Virus record (IMG/VR): IMGVR_UViG_3300047361_000395
Coordinates: 1 to 52,292 of that record
From: a virus
Taxonomy: Duplodnaviria; Caudoviricetes
Reading direction: 5' to 3' (one strand)
DNA length: 52,292 nucleotides
This document shows, piece by piece, positions 1 to 8,700 of the stretch (position 1 is its first letter; each line of letters starts with the position of its first letter). The position numbers and the translations under genes are program-made. The notes beneath the pieces were generated by a model. The model searched no databases and was not told the origin of the DNA. It was given only the letters and a program-made list of their open reading frames with translations.

Positions 1-696
1 ATAGAAAAGTTTTTTGGCAAGAACTTTTTTATTGATAATGCTGGTCTGCCAAGAATATCTAAAGCAGAGATACAGAGGTATAAGGATTGGGCACAAGAAA
101 GACTTTATACCACCTGCTCAGAAGATGGCAAGTTTCCTACATGGAATTGGTTGATGGAAAAGTTTAAAGAGCAAATGTTTATCTATGGGGTAGACATATT
201 TGTGATTGATGCATTTAACAAATTGGATTTCGATAGTAACAAAGATGCAGAATTATCAAGGATTAAAAGAGTTTTAACTCAATTGACAATGTTTGCACAA
301 ATGAACAATGTTATTATATTTTTGATAGCACATCCGACAAAAATGAAGAAGAATGAAGCACAAGTGTATGAAAAACCAACCCTTTATGACATCTCAGGGT
401 CGGCTGACTTTAGAAACCAGGCTCATGATGGGTTTTCTATTTATAGATTTTTCGATCAGGTACAGGAGGGCGATGAATTTATAGAAAAGAATCAGGTTGA
501 ATTTTGCACACATAAAGTAAAAATGAAGTTTCAAGGAGAGATGCAACAAAGAGAATTGTTTAATTATCACATACCATCAGGAAGATATTACACCGGGCAC
601 AATCCTCCATCATTTGTTTTTGATAGAGAGGAACAGGAGCCTGAAAAAAACATGACACCGGAACAGGCGTTTGATGTTGATAAATTACCTTTTTAA
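1..696 (+). CDS. SF4 (DnaB/Twinkle/T7 gp4-like) replicative helicase, C-terminal part; 5' end lies outside the window
   Basis: Frame 1 is open from base 1. Walker B-like IFVIDAFNKL, IIFLIAHPTK and LYDISGSADFRNQAHDGFSIYR match the H2-H4 motifs of Twinkle-type helicases. Acidic tail ends DKLPF. Confidence 0.85.
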   Translation: MEKFFGKNFFIDNAGLPRISKAEIQRYKDWAQERLYTTCSEDGKFPTWNWLMEKFKEQMFIYGVDIFVIDAFNKLDFDSNKDAELSRIKRVLTQLTMFAQMNNVIIFLIAHPTKMKKNEAQVYEKPTLYDISGSADFRNQAHDGFSIYRFFDQVQEGDEFIEKNQVEFCTHKVKMKFQGEMQQRELFNYHIPSGRYYTGHNPPSFVFDREEQEPEKNMTPEQAFDVDKLPF

Positions 697-1544
697 TGAA
701 AAAAATTAATAGTTTATCTGGAGGAAAAACCTCATCGTATATAGCCGCAAACTATCCGGCAGACTATGATGTATTTGCTTTAGTGAGGATAGAACACGAA
801 GAATCTAGATTTCCTGATAAAAAGATAGCACAAGAGGTAGAGGACAGAATACAAGCACCATTTATTGCCACCGCAGAAGATGATATAATTATTTATACAA
901 TGCTTGACTTAGAACAACATATAGGTAGAAAAATATCTTGGGTTACGGGAAAAACATTTGATAAAGTTTTAGACAGTGCGGGCAGTTTACCAAACGTAAC
1001 AAGAAGATATTGTACCACACAGTTAAAATTAGAACCAATATTTGAATGGTGGAGAAAAAAAATAAATACGCCAGTAGAAATGAGGATAGGGTTTAGGGCT
1101 AATGAAACAAGAAGAGCTGCCAACATGAACGATAAACTAAATAAAAATGGATTGTTAGAAATGAAAGCTGTTGTTGGCAAGAGAAAAACTAGAAATAAAT
1201 GGGGTATTATAGAGTGGCAAAAACCATCGTATCCTCTCATAAAAGATGGCATTTATAAAGATAATATTGAAAAGTACTGGAAAAATAAAAACGTTAGGTT
1301 TGCAAGGATAAATAATTGTGTTGGATGCTTTCATCAAAATTTAATATTAGCAAGAAAAAGATTTGAATGGCACCCAAATAAAATGGAGTGGTTTAAATCT
1401 AAAGAAGGAATTAAACATTTAAACGACTGTTGGCGAAACGGAATAGATAAAATTAAGTATGAAGATATTCAGAAATGGAATTTACAGGGAGAGCTTTTTG
1501 AAGACGATTTTAATGAGTGCGATTCTGGGCACTGCGGTTTATAA
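696..1544 (+). CDS. PAPS reductase-like / PP-loop adenylation protein with Cys clusters
   Basis: N-terminal PP-loop SLSGGKTS, RYCT-x2-LK-x-P, IGFRANE-x-RR, NCVGCF and C-terminal ECDSGHCGL. TAATG overlap with the helicase stop. Confidence 0.75.
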   Translation: MKKINSLSGGKTSSYIAANYPADYDVFALVRIEHEESRFPDKKIAQEVEDRIQAPFIATAEDDIIIYTMLDLEQHIGRKISWVTGKTFDKVLDSAGSLPNVTRRYCTTQLKLEPIFEWWRKKINTPVEMRIGFRANETRRAANMNDKLNKNGLLEMKAVVGKRKTRNKWGIIEWQKPSYPLIKDGIYKDNIEKYWKNKNVRFARINNCVGCFHQNLILARKRFEWHPNKMEWFKSKEGIKHLNDCWRNGIDKIKYEDIQKWNLQGELFEDDFNECDSGHCGL

Positions 1545-1552
1545 TTAAAAAT

Positions 1553-1816
1553 ATGGGAAGACCAAAAAAAATAAAAACAGAAGAGTATTTTCCTACTAAA
1601 GAGGACTTTAAAGCTATGTCCTGGTGTCTTGAAAACAGAATTAGATGTTACCCAAAGGTTTGTGGCGATGAGTTCAAGGTTATATTTGAGTATGTGGATA
1701 GCGGAAAAGTTAAAACAATTGAATCTCCTGAATCTTATGATAAACACGCATCTTCTAAGGCAATGTGGAGACTTTATAGGCATCAATATAACAGCCACAA
1801 AAAGCGGACATCTTGA
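1553..1816 (+). CDS. hypothetical protein
   Basis: ATG at 1553 after an A-rich spacer (taattaaaaat); fills the gap in the + operon (track ORF 1517..1816 trimmed). Confidence 0.7.
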   Translation: MGRPKKIKTEEYFPTKEDFKAMSWCLENRIRCYPKVCGDEFKVIFEYVDSGKVKTIESPESYDKHASSKAMWRLYRHQYNSHKKRTS

Positions 1817-1821
1817 TGGAT

Positions 1822-1853
1822 TTTGGTTTTTATAAAAAAAAGTTATAATTTTA
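1822..1853 (+). promoter_or_regulatory. possible Bacteroidota sigma-70-type promoter
   Basis: TTTG (1822-1825), 20 nt, then TAATTTTA: one mismatch to TAnnTTTG, in an intergenic gap. Confidence 0.4.
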
Positions 1854-1867
1854 ACAAAAAGAATCCT

Positions 1868-2164
1868 ATGAATGATTTTCAAAAACGTTACCAAAAGCTC
1901 AGAGGCGCTAAGTATAGTATATTTGAACTAGATGTTCAGGGGTTTTGTGATAAACTGTTGTCTTATAAGACTATGAAGGATAAAGAAAAAATTGACAACC
2001 TTCTTCAGTTAGATGCTTTTATGTATGTAAACTTGGGATGTGATTCCCTTAAATCTGAAAAGCAAGAAACAAAAAAGAAATCTAGAATTATATACAGGTC
2101 TATTAAAAAATTAGACAACGCTTTTGGTGATCAATGTTTGATTCACCAAGATAAAAGTATATGA
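1868..2164 (+). CDS. hypothetical protein
   Basis: ATG at 1868 (MNDFQKRY), in frame with track ORF 1823..2164; co-oriented in the operon. Confidence 0.7.
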   Translation: MNDFQKRYQKLRGAKYSIFELDVQGFCDKLLSYKTMKDKEKIDNLLQLDAFMYVNLGCDSLKSEKQETKKKSRIIYRSIKKLDNAFGDQCLIHQDKSI

Positions 2165-2337
2165 AAGGGACAAGGCGAAAGTATGTAAAACATGTAGTAA
2201 GAAAACTAATTAAATTGTGTAATGATCTCGAATTTTACCTGCTTTTGCCCGATGCCGAATCTAAAATAGAAGAAACTTTCTTCAACCTAAAGAACATGGT
2301 AGAAAAGACACACAATCAAACAAAATCAAATGATTGA
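2161..2337 (+). CDS. small hypothetical protein (58 aa, not in ORF track)
   Basis: MKGTRRKYVKHVVRKLIKLCNDLEFY...KSND*. ATGA overlap with the upstream stop; overlaps the next start. Confidence 0.6.
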   Translation: MKGTRRKYVKHVVRKLIKLCNDLEFYLLLPDAESKIEETFFNLKNMVEKTHNQTKSND

Positions 2338-3484
2338 ATTAAATAAACTAGTTGATGAAGGGGTTTCGTTAAGAGAAATAAACGGATACTCTTTTGCTAA
2401 AATAGCTCAGGTTTTACATGAAAAATACAACATAAAAGATGATTCAAGAACTGAGCATCAAACTTCTGAAGCCATAAGAAGGGCTTTTCATAAAAAGAAA
2501 AGAACAGAGGAGCATCCCGCTTTGGCTGGTGCATGTGATGAAAGAGGTATAAATGTTGGGAGTGTAGGTTTAGCTTGGAATAAAGACAAGCATTGGTCCA
2601 TACAGTTTAAACCAAGTAATAATGAGGGACCAACTTTTGATGAAATGCTGAGAGATCATATTCATGACATTAAAAAACACACATTTAATTATGAAAAAAT
2701 TAAGCGACCAAACTATTCTGATGCTTGCTTACTTGTTGTTGATCCTGCTGATATACACATTGGGAAATTGGCATCGAGCTTTGAAACAGGAGAAGAATAT
2801 AATAATCAAATTGCAGTCCAAAGAGTTAAAGATGGAGTAGCTGGAATCATTGAAAAATCTAAATCTTTTAACATAGACAAAATAGTGTTTGTTGCAGGTA
2901 ATGATATCCTCCACATAGACACCCCTAAGAGGACGACTACGGCCGGAACTCCACAAGATACAGACGGAATGTGGTACAACAACTTTTTAGTGGCTAAGAA
3001 GCTCTATATAGACGTTTTAGATGAGCTAGTAAAAATAGCTGATGTTCATGTAATGTACAACCCATCAAATCACGACTATCAAAACGGGTTTTTTTTAGCA
3101 GATGCGATTAAGTCCTGGTATAGAAATTGTAGTCACATAAGCTTTGACACTGATATTTCTCACAGGAAATACTATCAATACGGAAACTCTTTGATAGGCA
3201 CTACTCATGGAGATGGAGCTAAACAACAAGACCTTCCTTTGTTGATGGCTCAGGAATCTAAAGATATGTGGAGCTTAACAAAGCATCGGTATGTTTACAT
3301 CCATCATCTTCACCATAAGGTATCTAAAGATTACATAGGGGTTACAGTAGAGGCCTTAAGGTCTCCTTCGGGAACAGACTCATGGCACCACAGAAATGGA
3401 TATCAACATTCTCCAAAAGCAGTTGAGGCTTTTATACACTCAAAAGAACACGGGCAAGTGGCAAGATTTACCCATTTATTTTAA
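2330..3484 (+). CDS. calcineurin-like metallophosphoesterase with N-terminal extension
   Basis: All five metallophosphoesterase motifs are recognisable: ADIHIGK, GNDILH, PSNHD, THGD, HHLHHK. Confidence 0.85.
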   Translation: MIELNKLVDEGVSLREINGYSFAKIAQVLHEKYNIKDDSRTEHQTSEAIRRAFHKKKRTEEHPALAGACDERGINVGSVGLAWNKDKHWSIQFKPSNNEGPTFDEMLRDHIHDIKKHTFNYEKIKRPNYSDACLLVVDPADIHIGKLASSFETGEEYNNQIAVQRVKDGVAGIIEKSKSFNIDKIVFVAGNDILHIDTPKRTTTAGTPQDTDGMWYNNFLVAKKLYIDVLDELVKIADVHVMYNPSNHDYQNGFFLADAIKSWYRNCSHISFDTDISHRKYYQYGNSLIGTTHGDGAKQQDLPLLMAQESKDMWSLTKHRYVYIHHLHHKVSKDYIGVTVEALRSPSGTDSWHHRNGYQHSPKAVEAFIHSKEHGQVARFTHLF

Positions 3485-3489
3485 ATTGT

Positions 3490-3816
3490 ATGAAGAAAAC
3501 ATTATTACTCTTATTATTTAGCATAACACTATACTCACAATCTCCCGAAATATACGGTTTATGGTACAATACTGAAGGAGAGTTTGTAAGAATATTTCAG
3601 AATGACACCTTTAATAGATTTACTGTAGAAGCTGGTACAAAGAAAAAAATAACTGTATCTACAGGAACAATAGAGTATGTAGATAAAGAATTGCGTATTG
3701 TAAGAAAAGATACAACAGACACTTACAGCCTTTGTTATTATATAGGCAACGAAACCATGGTTGTGTGTAGGCCGAGGTCGCAACAAGCATGGCTATGGCA
3801 GAAAATAAGCGATTAA
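3490..3816 (+). CDS. secreted/periplasmic protein, possibly a lipocalin-like beta-barrel
   Basis: Sec-type signal peptide MKKTLLLLLFSITLYSQ, then a G-x-W motif (IYGLWY) and beta-strand pattern. Confidence 0.6.
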   Translation: MKKTLLLLLFSITLYSQSPEIYGLWYNTEGEFVRIFQNDTFNRFTVEAGTKKKITVSTGTIEYVDKELRIVRKDTTDTYSLCYYIGNETMVVCRPRSQQAWLWQKISD

Positions 3817-4169
3817 AAAGAATTTGCAACGTTTGCAAAAAAAGCAAAGAAAGTAAGTACTTTAAACATGAGGGCAAAAAAACATGCTCTAGGTGTGAGT
3901 TTCGTTGGAAAACTTCTTTTATAAGGTTATTAGTACATGACAGAAGGTTAACAGCAAAAGAAAGACTGTCAAGCAGGTTAGGATACATGGGCTCTGCGTT
4001 TATAATGCTTTCCCCTTACATATTAAATTATGGAAATATAGGTGCTATCACATATGTTCTTGGAGGGTTGCTATTAACTCCTCAAGTTTGGATAGCCAAG
4101 CAGTGGAACTTAGTTATAATAAACATAAATTTAATCATTGGCTATATTATATATATGCTAAATACATAG
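3789..4169 (+). CDS. Zn-ribbon plus ~3-TM membrane protein
   Basis: CNVC...CSRC followed by three hydrophobic segments (LGYMGSAFIMLSPYIL; IGAITYVLGGLLLTPQVW; LVIININLIIGYIIYML). Confidence 0.65.
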   Translation: MAMAENKRLKRICNVCKKSKESKYFKHEGKKTCSRCEFRWKTSFIRLLVHDRRLTAKERLSSRLGYMGSAFIMLSPYILNYGNIGAITYVLGGLLLTPQVWIAKQWNLVIININLIIGYIIYMLNT

Positions 4170-4176
4170 TAAAAAA

Positions 4177-4398
4177 ATGAAAGAACAAACCTTAATAGAG
4201 ATGTTAAAAGAAGTTAGAGAGTTGAGGGGAATAGTGAGGGCTTTGCTGGGTCAAATTCAAACAATTAAAGACTTAACGAGTGGATCTCTAGAGACATTAA
4301 AACGGATGCCTGGGTATGAAGAGGCTATAGAAAAACTTAAAAAGGACCTGGAGGATCAGGCCAAACAACAACAAGAAGGAGACACTTTAATAAAATAA
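4177..4398 (+). CDS. hypothetical coiled-coil protein
   Basis: 73-aa helical ORF, A-rich start context, in operon. Confidence 0.65.
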   Translation: MKEQTLIEMLKEVRELRGIVRALLGQIQTIKDLTSGSLETLKRMPGYEEAIEKLKKDLEDQAKQQQEGDTLIK

Positions 4399-4399
4399 T

Positions 4400-4501
4400 A
4401 TGGGAACAGCAATGATACAAGGATTTTTATTTTACGCTTTGTGTAGGGTAATAGAAATCGGATTAGTTAAGATATTTAATAAAATCTTGAAAAATGAGTG
4501 A
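4400..4501 (+). CDS. very small hydrophobic protein (33 aa, not in track)
   Basis: MGTAMIQGFLFYALCRVIEIGLVKIFNKILKNE*; exactly fills the gap between its neighbours. Confidence 0.45.
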   Translation: MGTAMIQGFLFYALCRVIEIGLVKIFNKILKNE

Positions 4502-4787
4502 TAGTATAAAGAAATACCACGAGATGCATGAGTTTGATCAACTAACCACACAGCAAGATTTACTAAAAAAAGATTCGGTGGTTGAGAGTATAAAAAATCA
4601 ATTCGACAAAAGAAGCTCTCTAGGAATAAAAAAATATGGAACTACATTAAATGAAAATGAATTATCTTTGACTGAGTGGATGGAGCACCTAAAACAGGAG
4701 CTTATGGATGCCATTCTTTATATAGAAAGGAGCAAAGATGAGATCAGACACAGAGAGAGTGGTCTTCAACAGGAGTCTAAACCCTGA
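4494..4787 (+). CDS. MazG-like all-alpha NTP pyrophosphohydrolase-type phage protein
   Basis: R-x3-GIKKYGTTL...EWMEHLKQELMDAILY resembles the E-x2-D metal-binding helix of all-alpha NTP-PPases. Confidence 0.5.
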   Translation: MSDSIKKYHEMHEFDQLTTQQDLLKKDSVVESIKNQFDKRSSLGIKKYGTTLNENELSLTEWMEHLKQELMDAILYIERSKDEIRHRESGLQQESKP

Positions 4788-5196
4788 CGAATATCTTTCA
4801 GCAAGCTTATTTATGATGAGTCTGCTTTTAAAGTATAAAAATGAGGATTATTACTATTACGTTAATGTTGGTAAAGACATGGATATGAATGTAACAACAT
4901 ACACTTCTGAGGAGGTTCAGTGGCAAGCAAACGAACTTATGTGCACAGATCTACAGGCTGTGTTTGCTATTGCTGAATATGATGGTTTTTATGAAGACCT
5001 AACTGAAATTCTCTGGAGAAACGATATAGGAGAATACAACAGGTATGTAGCTCAAACAACAAACACATTAGTAAAAAACGAAGAAATAAAACACTGCATA
5101 GCTAAATCGGAAAAAGACGCTATGTTTTATTTTGATACAATATTAGGAGTTGATGACATCTTAACCATAAGAGAAGATAATGAGGAGATTTTCTAA
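4738..5196 (+). CDS. hypothetical protein
   Basis: 152-aa ORF overlapping both neighbours in the operon. Confidence 0.65.
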   Translation: MRSDTERVVFNRSLNPDEYLSASLFMMSLLLKYKNEDYYYYVNVGKDMDMNVTTYTSEEVQWQANELMCTDLQAVFAIAEYDGFYEDLTEILWRNDIGEYNRYVAQTTNTLVKNEEIKHCIAKSEKDAMFYFDTILGVDDILTIREDNEEIF

Positions 5197-5629
5197 AAGA
5201 AAACAAATCACCAGGAGTACCAAAGTAACATATAAAGGACATAAATTCGCTTCCAAGTTAGAGCTATATATGTACAAAGCATTAGAAAGAGAAAAAATAA
5301 AAGTTTTATACGAAGGGGAGACATATGAAGTTGTTAAGGGTTTTAATTTTCCTGCATCAAGTTACGAAAAAACTAAAGGTAAAAAAATTTTACAAGACAA
5401 AGGAAACAAAAAAATTCTGCCCATAAGATACACTCCAGACTTTATAGATGTTAAGAAGCCAAGGAGGTTTATAATAGAGTGTAAGGGAAATCCAAACGAA
5501 GCATTTCCCATCAGGTGGAAATTATTTAAGAAACATTTAGTGGATACAGGCCAAGACCCAGTACTTTTTATGCCTAGAAACCAAAAAGATTGTGAGGTTG
5601 TTGTTGATTTATTAAAAAAGATATTGTAA
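5180..5629 (+). CDS. PD-(D/E)XK endonuclease, T7 endonuclease I/DUF1064-like (Holliday junction resolvase)
   Basis: FASKLE...YE...YTPDF...IIECKG motif arrangement. Confidence 0.8.
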   Translation: MRRFSKRKQITRSTKVTYKGHKFASKLELYMYKALEREKIKVLYEGETYEVVKGFNFPASSYEKTKGKKILQDKGNKKILPIRYTPDFIDVKKPRRFIIECKGNPNEAFPIRWKLFKKHLVDTGQDPVLFMPRNQKDCEVVVDLLKKIL

Positions 5630-5639
5630 GTTTGAGTGT

Positions 5640-5672
5640 GCTTAGATGTAGGGGTACGTCTAAGCTCTTTTT
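5640..5672 (+). terminator. intrinsic terminator ending the + module
   Basis: Stem GCTTAGATGTA-gggg-TACGTCTAAGC (one G-U pair) followed by TCTTTTT. Confidence 0.7.
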
Positions 5673-5678
5673 GGGGTG

Positions 5679-5712
5679 AAAGGGATCAATTTACTTTGGT
5701 CCCTTTTTATTT
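5679..5712. terminator. second hairpin/terminator at the convergent junction
   Basis: AAAGGGATCAA-tttact-TTGGTCCCTTT followed by a T-run; abuts the stop codon of the 1842-aa - strand gene. Confidence 0.7.
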
Positions 5713-8700
5713 TTTACCCTCTATAATTAATTTTTTGTATTCCCTAAATGCACTTTTACCAAGGCTTCTGCCCATGATTAGCTTAGATAGTTTATTGACC
5801 TCGTTCATTTCTTCTTTGTCTATTTGTTCCCCATATATGGCTCTTAAAATTAATCCTTGAGATTTAGAGTTTTTTTCAAAAACCAAATCAAAATATATTG
5901 AAGAAACGCTAGGAAGCTGTATTTTTCTGAGGGTTTTTCTTTTCATTCTTCTTCGTTCCTCTGGAGAATCAAAGTTTTCGTTTATAAATTTGTTTATTTT
6001 TTCAGGAACAATCTTAGGGTTTCTGTCCTCTATTTTATTTTCTTCTTTGTATTCACTAATCAAATTTTTAACTTTAGATTCTTTTAGATATATCTCTGTA
6101 TTTACATTTTTTATATCTTCCTCTAGCTTTTCTCTTGTTGCATAATCCTTTACTCTTGGATTTGTAGATCTAAACATTCTTCTTGAGCTTGATTTAGCTA
6201 TTCCTTCAAAGAAAGACTTGAACCCTTCTTTTACAGGCTCAACATCAGCCCCTCCTTTATATAGATTAGAAAGGGTCTCAATGCTTGCGTATCCTGCCCC
6301 CACTAGAGGGTTTGTGGATGGGCTCGTAATAAACTTTTCTACAGCCACTTGCATTCTTTTTGGGGACACAACATCTAATCCACCGAACCCAAAGTATTTG
6401 TATATCGTAGCAACATCCTCATCATACAGACCTTCTGCATTTTCGTTTATTAGGGCGTTATCGTTTTTTCTAAATATCTCCTGTCTTCTATAAAGGTCAT
6501 AATTATTTAAAGCAGCAATCGCTGAAACGCCTGGATTATAACCTATGTTGTCAACCAAACTTCCGCTGATAGGAGCTGCAGCTTCAATTGTCTTAGAAAA
6601 ATCATCAAAACTAAAATCTTTTCCAGATTGATACGAATGAATCATTTCTTCTCCTAAGTAAGCTATAGGGGCGATAGTTGGGAGTTTTCTTATTCTTATG
6701 TAATTTATATCTCCATTTTCGTTTTTAGGATTTCTAGGATCTATTAGTAAAAAATAATTTGTTCTTTCATATGGAGTAGTTTCTTCCCTAAGCTTTCTTA
6801 GCACATCGTCTTTTTCCTCATCTTCAAAAAACAAACCTGCCATCAATCCGTTTGCCAAAGGTACGCTTGAAGCTAAAAAAGTTGCCTGTACTACATTTGA
6901 TATGAACCCAAGCCTGTTTTCTGAATAATATTTAAAAGGCCTCCTAAATCCTTGGAAGGTAGCGTTAAGATATGGGGCCACTTTATCTAGATCCTTAACA
7001 AGGCTTCCTCCTTGAGAAAAGTCAATAGTCTCCCTGGCCTCAGCAGCAGAAGAAAATTTAATATCCTCTAAGGCTTGTCCTGTAGGCTCTACTCCATTTT
7101 CTTTTCTATAGTCAGCTATTTTATCTTTCTTTACTTTTAAGTAAACAGAAAGCCTCATAGCTTGTTCTGAGGCCACACCGGCATATGAAAGGAAATCCAC
7201 TACCTTGCTTCCTATTTTTTTTGATCCAACTCTTTTGGATTTTCCTTCTTGAGATAAAAAATCAAAGCCCATTCCGTGTTCTATAGCTTCCTCAAGAGCT
7301 TCTTTAAACTTTCCACTGCCTGTAAGATCTGATTTTATTTTTCCAGCTAAGTTTAGACTAAAATCTCTAGCTAACTTAAACATAGCCACTGGTTTAAACT
7401 TCTCGATCCCCCTGTTATATGCGTCTGTAAAAAACGCTACGTTAACAAAGTCCATCGGAACGTTTGAAACAATAAAGAATGGGTTTGCGCCTGTAGCAAA
7501 AAACCTAATTAATTTTGCCCCTGAAAATGTTCCAGCGATATCAAGAAGCTTTGTATCTCCCCTCAGGTCCAACATTTGTTTAGCGGTAGTTTCATCTACA
7601 TACAACATCGTCCTCTTCCCGTCTTTAAAGAAACCCATAGGAACAAATCCTTTTTCAGCAGCAACCTTGGGGTCTGTTGTCATGTGTTCTTGTATAGTTT
7701 CATTTTGAGCATGCTTTGTATATACATCAAAGAAAGCATTCATAAATTTATTATGAAACGATCTTCTGGCAACAGCAGCAGAATACATTGCTAAGAGTTG
7801 TTTTGAGTCTTTCATAACAGTGTACTCACCCCCATCTTTAAGCGCCATAATATCCTTAGCTGGTATTCCATTTACTCTAAGAAAATCAGCTTCTTCCTTT
7901 TCTGTTAAAGAAGACAGGTCTTTTCCTGATTCTGGAAATATTTTCTCAATAACTCTAAATGGGCTGTAGTTTATGTCTTTGAAATAATCAAACTGAGCTT
8001 TTGTTATTCTTCCAGAATCGTAGAGCCTTTCAAGTAAAGATTTGGTTGATTCAAAGTATGCCTCAGATCTATCAAAAAGCTTGTTGTATTGTTCCTCTCC
8101 TATTCTTTGCTTAAGTTGCTCTAAGGACTCATTAGCAACATCTTCATTTATTGTTTTACCCTCTGTGGTAACCTCATATGGACTGAAGTCTCTTATTTCA
8201 TAAACACCAGTATCTTCATTTTCTTCGTAATAAAAATCAAGTATTTCGTCATCTATATTTTTTGCTTGTTCTGGGGTTATTTCGCTTCCATACTGAGCCT
8301 CATATTCAGCAGACTTTGCTCTTCTTTGTCTTCTGTTTTCATTTATAGATATTATCCTTCTAGCATATATGATGCTATCAAGAGCTTTTGTTTCTACTGA
8401 TTTTAATCCTTTATAAATTTTAGATTCAAATCCTTTAAATATTTGAGAAGCCAAAGCGCCTGACCCAGCTTTTGTTATAAGAAGGTTTAACGCCCTTATT
8501 GATTTTGTATCGCTTATATTTGTTAAAATTCTTTTGAGATCCGCCTGTCTATCTATAAGTTGTCTTTTCAAAACCTTAGGCAATTTACCTGCAAAATCCT
8601 TAGCCCTTTTCAGTAAGCTTGCTTTTTTTAATTTCTTATCAGCAGCATCCATGTGAGTGTCTAGCACATCAATACTCTCGGGCTTTTCACTATCATCAAA

